A stretch of DNA of 64,000 nt from Phaeosaccion multiseriatum. Lineage: Eukaryota; Protista; Ochrophyta, other classes. Each line of letters opens with the position of its first letter. Position 1 is the first letter of the stretch. The stretch is from contig OZ218950.1 in NCBI GenBank assembly GCA_965112735.1, forward strand, positions 372,001 through 436,000, written 5' to 3'. Below are positions 34,657-46,881 of the stretch, piece after piece. The notes beneath the pieces were generated by a model. The model was not told the origin of the DNA. It did no database searches and saw only the letters and a program-made list of their open reading frames with translations. The position numbers and the translations under genes are program-made.

Positions 34657-35238
34657 ACGGCGGAGGGAGGGAGGGGGTGGGTGGGGTGGAGGGGTTACTA
34701 TCACCTCCAGGCTGCCCGCTTCGAGCGTTTGGGGGTGCGAGAGCGTCCCAAAACATGATGGGAGGGAGGAGGAGGGGGGGGAGGAGGAGGGGGAGGGAGC
34801 AGGCATGGGGCGCTCGGGGCGACCGAGAGAAGAGAAGGACAGTGAAGAACTTTCTTTCTCTCCGGTCGGTGCCCCTGGGAGCGTTCCATGGGCTGAAAGT
34901 CTTGGCTGGCACGAGCTGGTGCGTTGTGTGCCGTGTGTGTATTTATTTATGTGTGTGTGCGTGTGTGTGCGTGTGTGTGTGTGAGTGTGAGTGCGTGGGC
35001 AGACATACCTAGCGTCAAACCTGACTGCCGCCGCACCTGAGTAAATAATATTGTATTGAGTGGGAGCGGTTGTTACTGGTTGCTGGCGATCCCCTTGTCG
35101 TGAGATACTCATGACATTTGTTCCACAGTGTACGATATATATGATGTATCCACGTAATGTGTCCTTATCAACCCTCACTTCCCATTCCCTTCCCTTCGTT
35201 ACCTAATTGCTTTTTTAATTTGAAGTTTTTTTTTATTA

Positions 35239-35980
35239 CTGTGATTTCGCGGTTGAGTGGCACTTTTTACGCCCAATTACGCCCCATTAATTTTTTTTTA
35301 CGCCAAATGACGACTTTTTTGACGACGTTTGACGACGTTTGACGACGCTTTAGCCCCCTATTTGACGCCCTTTTACGCCCTTTTACGCCCTTCTACGCTC
35401 TTTGACGCCCTTTTATCTTAATTCGCCTTAATTTCGTCTAAAAAAAATCACGTAAAAAAAAATCACGGAAGAGGGCGTAAAAGGGCGTAAAAGGGCGTAA
35501 AAGGGCGTAAAAGGGCGTCAAATAGGGGGCTAAAGCGTCGTCAAACGTCGTCAAACGTCGTCAAAAAAGTCGTCATTTGGCGTAAAAAAAAATTAATGGG
35601 GCGTAATTGGGCGTAAAAAGTGCCACTCAACCGCGAAATCACAGTAGCCAAATGACGACTTGTTTTACGACGTTTGACGACGTTTTACGACGCTTTAGCC
35701 CCCTATTTGACGCCCTTTTACGCTCTTTGACGCCCTTTTATCTTAATTCGCCTTAATTTCGTCTTAAAAAAAATCACGTAAAAAAAAATCACGGAAGAGG
35801 GCGTAAAAGGGCGTAAAAGGGCGTAAAAGGGCGTAAAAGGGCGTAAAAGGGCGTAAAAGGGCGTCAAATAGGGGGCTAAAGCGTCGTAAAACGTCGTAAA
35901 ACAAGTCGTCATTTGGCGTAAAAAAAAATTAATGGGGCGTAATTGGGCGTAAAAAGTGCCACTCAACCGCGAAATCACAG
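35239..35980. mobile_element. Two tandem palindromic MITEs (TA-flanked, Tc1/mariner-like signature) with internal 10-bp repeats
   Basis: Complete copy 35239-35644 (CTGTGATTTCGCGG...CCGCGAAATCACAG, TA on both sides). Second copy 35647-35980 lacks ~63 bp of its left TIR. (AAAGGGCGTA)n and (TTTGACGACG)n arrays in the arms. Confidence 0.85.
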
Positions 35981-36457
35981 TAATTAAAAAATAAATTAAA
36001 GCAGAGATGCGCCACACGGGAGCCACGCAGCTCTTGCTCCCTGTCCCACGATCGTGAGCCCTCCTCCCTCATCTGTTGTTCTTGTCATATATATATATAT
36101 ATATAATATATCGTCATTTATCGAAGATGTAATATTATATTATTATAATACCTCCCCGGCCCTCACAAGCCCTAACATTCGAGGCACTTGTACCGGACGG
36201 AGTCATCGGCCCCAGGCGAGGTTTCACGGGCTTTAGGCTTCTGGGCCGTATCCCCCTCCAGGCTTCGGGCTTCTGGCCGCAGGCCAGCGCAGGCTTCTGG
36301 CCGCAGGCCAGTGGCCAGGCTTTAGGCTTCTCAGGCTGGGAGAAAAAAAAAAAAAAAAATTAGGGGGGGGGCACGCACGCACACACACAGGCCCTACAAG
36401 GCAGCTTAAGCTGAGCAGATGACCTGACCCGCCTTCATATGTCTGAAGTATACTTAT

Positions 36458-37990
36458 TTAACAATTATCACCATCTGCGCCACCTCGCTCCCGGGTGGGC
36501 AGGCCTTCAGCCGGCTTCATGCTGAGAGAGCATCGGGAACAAAACCAGGGTTCGCTCTCGGGTGGAAGGCTCGGCAGTGGTGGTTTAAGGCAATAAAAAT
36601 GGCATCGCTCGCGGCACTTCGGACCATCGCACTTGAGAGCGCCTCTTCTTGTTCCTCTGACATACTGAGCACCGTGTGCTGACCCTGGGTGCAGCCTTCG
36701 CATCCGAGTCCTTCGCAGCTGCTGCTCTCTTGCCTCCATCGCCAGCACCACTGTGATACCTCTTGTAGTCCACTTCCCTCACACGTCGCCCGCTGCTGGT
36801 CGTGCCGGTCTTCGTTTCCTGCGCTTGCTTTGCCCTTGTGTAGTGGTGTTCCTCTTCGTCCTCCTCTTCACTACTGCTGCCGCTGCTGCTGCTACTGCAG
36901 TACGCTAAGCCGAGGGCGTCAGTTGTTTGAAATCCAATGACCCTTGCCTGTTCTTCCAGAAGCGCTCTTTGGCTGCCCTTGACGAGTTCTTCGCCGATGT
37001 CCTCCTGCTCACTGGTGATAGTGAAGCTCCTCAACTGATCGCCGCGGCCGGTGCGTTGTAAAATGCCGATACACCAGCGTAAATCGCCTCGATGGCCACG
37101 TCGCTCGAGCCGCCGCTGTCGCACACAAAGACCACGTCATCAACCACATCCGCCTCCTCAACTTCTTGTAACCCCGCATCTGTTGACTGCCGGTGGAAGG
37201 GGCGGATTTGTAGCCTAGGAGGCACAATTTGCTTGCTTGTCCTGGTCTCCCCCCTTCCCCCTGCGCTGGTGCGCTTGCCCATTGTGGTCTCCTCGACCAA
37301 ATCGTCCAGAAGCTGAGCGAGGAAGTACCTATCCCCACCTTCCCGCTCTGTTTTCACAAGGGCGATATCGTAATGCCGTAGGGCTAAGCGCCGAAGAGAC
37401 TTTACGCTTCCTGGTGCACTCTGGCGTCCCTTCCTACCCTTCTTTAGCACCGCTTTTGTCACGGTGCTTGTGGTTTGCACCGACGACAAGAATGACCCCG
37501 CTGCTGAGCGTGAGGCGTCTCGAGTTGGCAAGGGCGCGCGCGAGAGGACGAGGGGCCCGGTCCCAACGCCGTAGCGCGCTCTCTGCGTCACAGTCTGCTG
37601 CCTCACCCCCTTCACACGGCGAGAGAAGTTTAGGCAGTCGACAAGGTCTTGACGCCTCTCGTCCGTGCGAGGGACAGGTTTCGGCTTCTGTACCTTATAT
37701 AGAAGCTCCGACGATCGAGTCTCCGCAATCAGATCACGCCCGTAGTGCTGTCGACTTCCTCTCACATGACCGCCCTGGTCAAACCCCATCTCTGTCGTAC
37801 GCTTCATTTTCTCATAGATGACAATGGACCGTCTCTGGCGGGCCTGAAGAGCAGTAAGGTTTCCCTGCAGTGTTCGCATGTCTCCAAAGAACCTCTCCAC
37901 GCTCAAAGTTGTGCAGGCCTGCAACGTAATGTGCTGCAGCGCCTCGGGGGGCATACCCTACTCAATTACAAGCAGAGGGAGAGAAGAGTT

Positions 37991-38057
<67 letters not shown>

Positions 38058-39634
38058 CAAAGGCAAACTTACTTTGGCCAGGAGACTATTCACCAAGGTG
38101 GGTAGACTGCCGCAGAATGACCTCACCGCCTTCCTCACGGAGAGTAAGAAGTTGCCCTCCGGCCCCTATTGTGATGATGGCGGTTTCCCTGTCGCTAAGG
38201 TAATGTTCGCGGTCAGGCCTTCCAGGAAGATGTGTACTTTGTGGAAGAGGGCAATTGACTCTGTCAAGTCCCGCGCAGCACCATAATCCTCCTCCTCCTC
38301 CTCCTCCTCCTCCTCCTCCTCCTCCTCCTCCTCCTCCTCCTCCTCATGCTCACCCCCCCCCACCCTCCGACGCCGAACTGATAAGCGACATGAGGCCGAA
38401 TGCGTCTAGAAGGTTCCGCATGGCGGGTAGGACCGAATTAGCCATCGGGGTAGCGTCAGTCAGCAACCGAATCGCGCTGCTTCCCGGCTCTGAAAAGGCG
38501 AAACTGTTCCTTATCCAGGCCCCGAAGGTGGGGCCAAGAGATATCGCCAAGAAGTGGCACACGGCCCGCTACACCGCACAGAAGAGCCCCGTGCGCATCT
38601 GTCTCGAATGGCACGCCCCCCACCACCGACCCCTTCACCGACCATGTCGTCTCCAGGTCTTGGTTGCCATTGCCTCGGGTCAAGATGCCAGGTTGGGACG
38701 GAATCTTCCTACACATGTCAATGACGAAACTTCGCCCATAATCCTCTGCATATTACGAAAGATCTGGCCCAGGCTTGGACCGGGAAAGTGGCTCTTATGA
38801 GAGAGGAGGAGACTCTTATGCTCGCTGTAGTCGGGTGAGTACGAGTGCCCCAGTCAGAAAGTGCTGTGTCTTTTTCTTCCCCACTTTTAACTGACTTCCA
38901 TTGTACACGCTGCTCGCCGTGCTCTGACATACGCGTTTGATGTATGCGACAGGCGAGTTCTCATGGGATGGGCGATGGTGATGGCACCGGTCGACGCGAG
39001 CTGTTGAGGGAGGGGGAATTCCGACCGTTGGGAAAGGCAGTCCCGTTATGAGGACAGGGGGAACACTGACAGCCCTTACAACCAACAGGTAAATTTCTCG
39101 GCACTAGTTAAATCACCCCCTTCCCCTTCCTCTTCTCTTTTCTTTGAAGACCTCTGCAGCTCTGCGAACTCTGGTCGCCCTGCTCTGACATTCTTGCCAT
39201 GCGTTTGACGTATGCGTGATGCAGGTGATTTACCGGGGATGCGCGATGACGAGGGGTTGCGGCGAGCAGTGGGAAAGGGTGTCTAATTGGGAAAGCTATG
39301 GCTGTTACGACTGGAGAGGCGGGGAAGACCGGTCGGCAGGTGAGTTATTACCCGTCGCTCTACCGCCGACTTGCCCCCCCCCCCTCCTACCGCCCTTTAT
39401 GCAAATCCCCAATTCTAAATCGCCCCTAATCATTCTTTGCGCCTTAACCCCAGCCTCTCCCCCCCCTCTTCTTCTTGGTTTCTCCTCTATTCGCTCTTTC
39501 AAGGTAACCACTGGCGAGGCAGCTTCGATCCCCGAATGCAGCAGGGCGGAGAGGACCTGCGGAGGGATTGCCGGGCACCGGAGGATCAGCAACGACACGG
39601 AAACAAAAAGGGCAGACGAGACATCAAGCTTCAT
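36458..39634 (-). pseudogene. Degenerate putative transposase with C-terminal PHD finger
   Basis: TTLSVERFFGDMR resembles the catalytic-Glu motif of P/THAP9-like DDE enzymes. Preceded by Q*GPEGN (stop at 38166) and an intron at ~37958-38072. PHD CSVC / CDGPKC..CHFYCLKPPL..WFCSRC is split by a frameshift. 5' boundary uncertain. Confidence 0.6.
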
Positions 39635-39782
39635 CTTGGCAGCTTGCGGAGAGAATCCAACCAGAGAATTGCGTCGGACGCTGCCACGGTCTGGGTACCC
39701 GAGCCAAACGTCGCTGACGCTACCAACCCCAATAGAATGTCCTTCCCGAAAGGCGGCTTGAGTTTGGAGTGGCTCTCAACTT

Positions 39783-40970
39783 TTGCGGGGGAACACTTTC
39801 TCGATACTCTCGAGGTCGACGGCGGTTCAACAGGTGCTCCGCGACGTTTCCGCCCACTACGCGGCAACGGCGGAGTTGGTACCTGTGGGTGTGTGCGCGG
39901 AGGAAGCGACCTCCCGATCGGGTGGACCAGCGGTTCTTTGCTTCGCAGCGGCACTACAAGCGACGTCGATTGAGGCGCAAGAGGAGTTGCAACGCTTGTC
40001 CGGGGCCTGTGGTCCGGCGGACCAGCTTTGTCAGAAGGCCATCGTCGAGCTGTGCGGTTTAGGGGAGGTGGCAGCAGCGGAAGGGCATAAGCTTTATACG
40101 AAGAGGAGAAAGGATGTCCACCTGGCACTTGTCGAGGCGACACTCCCGCGGGGCCGTGGTGCGGCATCGCAGTCTGACCGGGCAGGAGAGGGATGCGGGC
40201 GCAAACGCCCCGCTGTTGTTCCACCAGAGACGAGTGCCTCCAAGAAGCAGAAGCAGACGGATAGCGCTCCAACAGGGGGTAGTGGCCTCGAGCAGCAGAA
40301 AGTGCACGAGAATGCTGGGCAGGTGGAGGACGACGGCTTCAGCAGCGCAATTATAGACTTCCCTGGCGTTACCCAGCAAAGCAGTGCAACACATGATACA
40401 GCAGCAATTCAACGACTTGGCTCAGAAAAGGGCGCCTCTCGTCTAGCAGCGTGGCAGAAAGACCTTTGCAAGGCGATGGATGACAGCGCGAAGAGCGGAG
40501 ATGGATGGCATCGAGAGAGGGCGCAATTGTATGACCCTCCACCTGATGGACTGTGCGGCTGGCGCTGCGCCCGATTCCTATTGCTGCTGCTGGGGCGTGA
40601 GGGGTACGACTTCCCAGCGAACACACCCGAGGACATTCGCTCGCCGGCCTCGACATTGGACCTCCGGTCGTACATGCTTGCTCAGCGCTCCCCTGCGCTC
40701 AAGGAGGAGCGGGCAGAACTTGAGCCGAGGAGGAGGAGCTGGCTCACTTCCATGGACCTCGATGCGCTGGCAGGTATCATCGGCCTGAAGTTTTTTTTTG
40801 TGCGTAGTGAGCACGGGAGGCCGTATGACAAGCCTACTTTGTGCACGGCAGCACCGGTCCTGGGCCCTAGGTCCGGAAGGGTTTGCGGTGTGGCAATGGT
40901 GAACGTCAGCGGCGGCACTCACTGGGAGCTGGTGGATACGAGCTGCTTGTGGGGCTCAGGAGATGCGTGA
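39783..40970 (+). CDS. OTU-like cysteine protease (putative deubiquitinase), transposon cargo
   Basis: PPDGLCGWRC (Asp/Cys loop, ~40545), WLTSMDLDALA and GTHWELV (His, 40920) have OTU motif order and spacing. True start not determined. Confidence 0.75.
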   Translation: MRGNTFSILSRSTAVQQVLRDVSAHYAATAELVPVGVCAEEATSRSGGPAVLCFAAALQATSIEAQEELQRLSGACGPADQLCQKAIVELCGLGEVAAAEGHKLYTKRRKDVHLALVEATLPRGRGAASQSDRAGEGCGRKRPAVVPPETSASKKQKQTDSAPTGGSGLEQQKVHENAGQVEDDGFSSAIIDFPGVTQQSSATHDTAAIQRLGSEKGASRLAAWQKDLCKAMDDSAKSGDGWHRERAQLYDPPPDGLCGWRCARFLLLLLGREGYDFPANTPEDIRSPASTLDLRSYMLAQRSPALKEERAELEPRRRSWLTSMDLDALAGIIGLKFFFVRSEHGRPYDKPTLCTAAPVLGPRSGRVCGVAMVNVSGGTHWELVDTSCLWGSGDA

Positions 40971-42029
40971 GACTGTCACACCCGAGCTACAGATACACCA
41001 GGGGGGTAGAACGAATGTATTGATAGTGAGGCATGTAGGCAGTGTATCGAGAGGGGCAAACGACGAGCAGCCTGCTCTCTCGGAGAGATGAAATGAAGAG
41101 TGTATCAGTTTCGGCCACCATGTGTATCACTTTCCGCGCTAAGCGCGGAAAAAAATGGTGGACTTGGCAGGCTTCTCGCTACTTTCCTGCAGGCTTCTGG
41201 CCGCAGGCCAGCCGCAGGCTTCTTACTTTCGGCCGCAGGCCGCCGCAGGCTTCTGCTTTATCGGGGGTCAGAGAAACCTCGCCTGGAGCCGAGAGTCACG
41301 GGATACCCACGCGAACCAACCAACCAACCAGCCAACCAACCAACCAAGTAAATGGCCCGTGCTACATTCATGTGTGTCATGTTCTTTTTGATTTGCTGAG
41401 TCCGTTTGGTGCCTTCCTTCCTTCCCTACTTTCGGTGGACGCTCGAGGAGCCGAGGTGGTCAAGCGTGTAATGTTCAGCCTCTTATCGTACTGCTTCCTT
41501 CCTTTAAAACCACCTCAGCGAACTCAAACGCACACCGCAAGGAGGAAGTAGGGCACCGGCCGAAGGCACGGAAGTTAGTCGAAGGAGGTCCGTAAGTCAC
41601 CGAAAGTGAGTCCTTCGTTGAGGAGGGAGGGGCCGTCCCCTTCCGTCCCTGGCGTCAAGTCAAGTCGGTTTGTCTCGGTCGGGTAGCACAGCGGATGGAT
41701 GCATGCCGCGATCGATTCATCAACGAAGACAGCTTCATTCACTTCACATGCATACTTTCGCGATTTGAAACGAAAGACAAGTTCCCTGGGCTGCAACACC
41801 CATCCCGTGGCATACGGTTCGCAGTTGATTCGCAGTCCTGGGCAAGTTATCGTTTCCAAGTAGAGGAGTGATGTATGTGGAGAGAAGTATGCGATCGCTT
41901 CTTGGCTGATCGATGGGTCCATGAATCCATCGGTGCAGGCATCCATTCATCACCTGTGCTACCCGAGAGAGACTCCAGTGGAGCAGAGAATAAAATGTGG
42001 GCCGGAAGCCTTCATTCATTCATTCATTC

Positions 42030-43651
42030 TCATCGCTTGAAGACCTTCAGCTCTGCCACGAGCCCTTCCAAGGTCTCCCTTGCCTCCGTCTTGGATAAGT
42101 CAGTGAAGGCGGCAAGCAGCAACGCACTCTTGGCCTTGGCGCTCATGAGCTTGGGGCAGGAGTTGGACACAGGACTGCCCTTGGGGGTGGCCATCAATAC
42201 GCCTTCCTCACGGAGACTGACTCCGTATCTTGGGGGGAGAAAAGGAGGGAGGAGCAGGAGGAGAAGAAGAGATGGACGGGGTTAATGACTTTGGGCGAGC
42301 GATTCACACGTCCTTGTCCTGACACCCCTCGCCCTTTGTCTTGACACTCCTCATCGCTTCACTACATACTTTCACATACCCCCCCACCAACCCACACACC
42401 CAACCTCCAAACACACTCACACACGCGCACGGACGCACGCACGCACGCACTCACCTCTGATTGAGGAAGACGATGTCAACCTTCTTACTCTTGGTGAGGC
42501 GGACCCAATCGCTCGTCTCGTGCATCTCAGCTCGGAGACCCTCGGTCTCTGCCAAGACGGCCCCCGCATTGCTCAGGGCCTTGAGATGCAGGAGCCCTTG
42601 GTGCCGTGATAGAGCGCTCGTGAGAAATCCTTCCCAGCTGAACTCTTCCTCCGCCTTCTTCCTCTTCCTCTCCTCCTCCGCCTCCTTCTCTTTCTTCTTC
42701 CTCATCTCGTCCTGCTTATCCTGTTCGTCCTCCTTAAATCGCACCTTCTTACCACCCTCTGTCGCGGAGGAGGAGGAGGAGGACGATGCATCCCCCTCCT
42801 CTCCGTTCTCAGGAGCACCCTCTCCTCCCTCTCCCTCTCCTACTCGCCCCCTCCCCCGGCCCCTCCTCAATCCACCCTTGGGCTTGGGACTGACGCTGTT
42901 ATCCGAGTCGGACTCCTCCACAGCCTTCTCCCCCGCCGATTGGCCCTTCCTGGTCTTGCCTCGTTGGGTCGCGGTAGCAGCAGCAGCAGCAGCAGTTGGT
43001 GATACAACAGCCGGTGATGCACCGCCCCACATACACTCCACCACCCTCAACTTCTCCCCGACTGGAGAGGTTGCCCTGCGAAGGAAGCGTCGAGCCTGCT
43101 CCGGCATGGAGAGAGGGCGAGGAACCTTGCTGGGCAAGTGGCAGGCCTGGAAAGACGAGATGGCAGTGCACGACAGGGCAGCAGAAAACGAGAGAGTAGA
43201 ACAGGACAGGACAGGCAGCGTGTGAGGATCAGGCCAATATCTCACTGTGTGTGAGAGAGAGCCGAAGGTCGGTCAACCAATTGCTCCTTCTGCTCACACA
43301 TATGCCTGCCTCCCTCCCTCCCTCCCTCCCTCCCCCTCCCCCCCCCACCCTCCGCCCGCCCCTCCTCTCTCTCACCTTCTTCTTCTCAATCTTGCGCGCC
43401 TCCTCTTTGTACAGCTTCACCAAGAAGACCACTGCTCCGACGATGACGACAGACAACAGAGAGTCCCACCGTAGCACACCCGTAGAGGCCACAAAGGCCA
43501 CGGCCGCTCTCCTTTTGTAGGCAGGGTATACGTTGAAGGTATATGGGCCAGAGGAAGAGGGACGGCAGGCATATGGGCAATAGACGATAGACATAGAGAG
43601 AGGGGAGGGAGGAAGGGAGGAAGGAGAAAAGAGAGCGAAGGGAGGGGGAGG

Positions 43652-43699
<48 letters not shown>

Positions 43700-46051
43700 A
43701 AGAGAGAGAGAGGCAGATGGAGAGGGAGGATCAGTCTGTGAACGGCACTGCCACATTTCTACTGGGCCTCAGTATGAAGGACCATCAGCTGCCATGGGGG
43801 CCACTACCAGAAAGGACCACTGAGCCAAGCTCCAGCCGCCGCAACCCCCCTTCCTTTCGCACCCAAGCAGCCACCAAGGCAGCCGCCCACGCACGCACCT
43901 ATGAGAAGAGAAGCTTCTCCGTGAGGTGCCCCACCCGCGCTTGGAACTTCCGCCGCTGCTCGCTCTTCGCTTCTCGCTCGTCCTCTCCTTCTTCGGGGCC
44001 GATGACGATGATGCTTTCCCCCCCTGGCTAGCTTGAGCGTCGGGCCCCGCCTCCACGTCCTTCTTACCCTTTCCCTCGTCCTTGCCCTTGACCTTGTCCT
44101 TGTCCTTGCCCTTGTTCTGCCTGGTCGTCCTGTCCTTCTCCTTGAGTGTGACTGCCTTGTCCATCTCGGAGAGAACAAATTGTGTGGCGGCTTTGTCGTC
44201 GGGGGTTCCGAAGTGTGTCAGGTACTCGCGCGCAGCCTTGTGAATGGGCAAGGCCAAGAGTTGGAGAGGGAGGGAGGGAGAGAGAGAGGGAGGGAGGGAG
44301 GGAGGGAGGGAGGGAGGGAGGGAGGGAGGGAGAGGGAGAGAGGGAGAGAGAGAGGGAGAGAGGGAGAGAGGGAGGGAGAGAGAGAGGGAGAGAGGGAGAG
44401 AGGGAGGGGGAGAGGGAGAGAGACAAGACAGACAGACAGCGTGAGGGGGCAAGACAGGAACAAGAACAAGAGGGGAAGGGAGACGGAGAGGTATGAGAAA
44501 GGTGAGTGGAGACAACAATAGGAATCTTCAGGGTCAGGAGAGACCCTGCACCTCGGAATGGACAAGAGAGATGGGCATGGGTGGGGTGGTCGGACAGAAG
44601 CAGAGTCAGAGGATTGAGGAGAAGCGCTGCCAGGGAGGGCCAGGCGTTGCCGAGGCTTGGCCTGAGTCCTCCTCCTCCTCCTCCTCCTCCTCCTCCTCCT
44701 CCTCCTCCTTCTCTTCTTCCTCCTTCCTGTTCGCTCCCTCCCTCTCCCGTCTCTAACTCACCTCCTCTAGACTCAAGCCGCCTCCGAGGCGGTACACGAA
44801 GTGTGCAGGGATATCATTGACGTTGACGGTTACAAGCACGGCACTCGGGTCAGAGGGATCGTACTCCTCCTGGGCCTTGGCCATGAGCAGCGCGGCCACT
44901 TGCTCCACTTGAGGGGGGGCTGTCGTGCCTTGACTTTCCCTCCCCTCCGAAACTCGCCCCTCCCCTACTCCCTCTCCTCCTCCTCTTGAGGATGCATGCT
45001 GCTCCTGCTGCTCCTGCTGCTCCTGCTGCTGCTGCTGCTGCCGAGGCGTGGCCATGAGCAGCTGTAGAGCGAGCTCTTGCCGAATGCCCTCCACCCAGTC
45101 CGCAGAGAGGGAGAGCTTCCTCCCGAAGGCTTGTGCCACCTCGTCCACCCCTTCCCCTGGCCACAAATGCACTTCATGCTCCACGTCATCCACCGACACG
45201 CGTAGGGAGACAAGCGGGAGCGCAGGAGCAGCACCTGCAGCAGTGGATGGTACGGCGGGAGAGGAAGGAGGGGATGGCGGGAGGGGTGCACCCTCCGCGA
45301 GACGGAGCTGCTTGCGAATGGCCGTCTCGATCTCCTGCTCTACGTAGGCAATCTGGGCGGCGTCGTCCGTACCAAAGAGCGCACAGTACTCCGTTGCAGC
45401 CTGGCGAGTGTGCGAGGGAGGGACGGAAAAGAGTTGTGTGTTTGGTAAGAGCAGAGGAAAGAGACTACTTGTATCCTTAGGCACAGCACATTCTGTCTCT
45501 CCATAGCACCCATCCGATAGACAAAGCAATGGAAGGGCGAAGGCAGAGCCTACAAAAAAAATCATCGAGGGAGGAGGCGACAACACGCGACCAACCACAA
45601 GGCACGATTGCGCAAAGAAGCAGTCTTCAGGTGAGTGTCTATATCTATCACCACCACTCACCTCTCTTGGGGTCTGCCCACCCTGCTGTCGATCAAACAC
45701 AATGGGGGCAGTGACTCCGTTCACGTTCAGATCCACGACGAATATCCTACTGGATGCGTCGCTGCTACGGTCATTACTGCTCGATTGCCGGGCGTCCGCT
45801 GCCTTGAGCTGCAGTACGCTGCAAATTGCGTCGAGTGCATGATCTACATACCCATGACCCTCTTCTGGTGCTGCTGCTGCTGCTAATACTCCTCCCGGCC
45901 GAGTAGTTGCTGATGCTGCGGCTCCTGCTGCACCTGCTGTTGTGGCTGCTGTTGCTGCTGTTGCTGCTGCCACCACCCCTACTCCTGTTGCTGCAGAGAG
46001 GCAAGACAACGTGCCCATACGCACGGCGACTCCGCCAAGCACAGACAACAT
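42030..46051 (-). CDS. Type I membrane protein: signal peptide, three short repeated domains, one TM helix, C-terminal profilin-like domain
   Basis: Phase-consistent exon chain: 45661-46051, 44762-45401, ~43899-44236, ~43376-43512 (SLLSVVIVGAVVFLVKLY), ~42455-43146, 42030-42228. C-terminus SWEGFL..GAVLAETEGL..IVFLNQRY..KAKSALLAAF..ETLEGLVAEL follows the profilin pattern. Confidence 0.65.
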
Positions 46052-46603
46052 GATTACCCCTCTGCTGGATCCTGGATGCCACAGATGCCAGAGCACACAA
46101 TTTGTTCTTCAATTCCTCGTCCACCTCGGGGCAAGAGCGCAACCAAGCACACGAATGCCTCACCAGTTGCGAACGTACTTGTTAGGATTCTCGCATGCCG
46201 CTCGTGAGCTGTGGAGGAGAGCGAGGAGAGCAGGAATGGCTGGGCCTCCCTACTTTTTTAACGGATTTGACAGGTTTTCACCTCGATATTATTTGGGATC
46301 GATATCGATTTTTTAGTGCCTCCTCTCCTCTCCCTCCCTCTAGAGTGCTATTGCGTTTGTATTTTGAAGTAGTTTAACCAATGTTGGCGGCGATCCAAAA
46401 CGTCGATGGGGGAAGGCGCACTCTAGCAGCCATGAAGCCAATTATATAAGTACTGTATCGTTTATTCACATTTGGGGTATTCGGCCCTCTGGACTCTGAG
46501 AAGAGTAAAAATCGTTGTCAAGTGTCGCACACTGACTGCGTATCGCTATCTAATACTACGTACTAGTAACACGATAGAAGCTTATCGCTATCTAATAAGA
46601 CAT

Positions 46604-46841
46604 CTAGAAGAGGTAGGGGAAGGTGTGACCGGTGAGCACTGCCTGTGTGCAGATACCCGAGAAGGCAAGCATGGCCAGTCGGCCGTTCTTGATCTCAGAC
46701 TTCTGGAAGCCGGCCAACTTCTTGGGGTCCTTGCTCATGTTCATGGGGTCAAAGTAGAACTGCCCGGGCTCTCGGCCGGAGCCCTTTGCTGCCTGGTAGA
46801 TGGCGGCTCCGCTAATGACCTGATGGTGAAAAAAGGAGAGG

Positions 46842-46881
<40 letters not shown>

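Larger units (their letters stand above)
36206..41292. mobile_element. Full-length 5087-bp TIR DNA transposon, 6-bp TSD, carrying transposase-PHD and OTU genes
   Basis: TIRs TCGGCCCCAGGCGAGGTTTC / GAAACCTCGCCTGGAGCCGA (19/20 match). GAGTCA at 36200-36205 and 41293-41298. GGCTTCTGGCCGCAGGCC subterminal repeats at both ends. Confidence 0.9.

Noticed and set aside
41575-41946. 123-aa minus ORF and overlapping plus frame (RFETKDKFPGL) beside the transposon
   Set aside because: No recognisable domain or splice chain. The resemblance to RFTSESQFPGL at ~450 is too short to trust.
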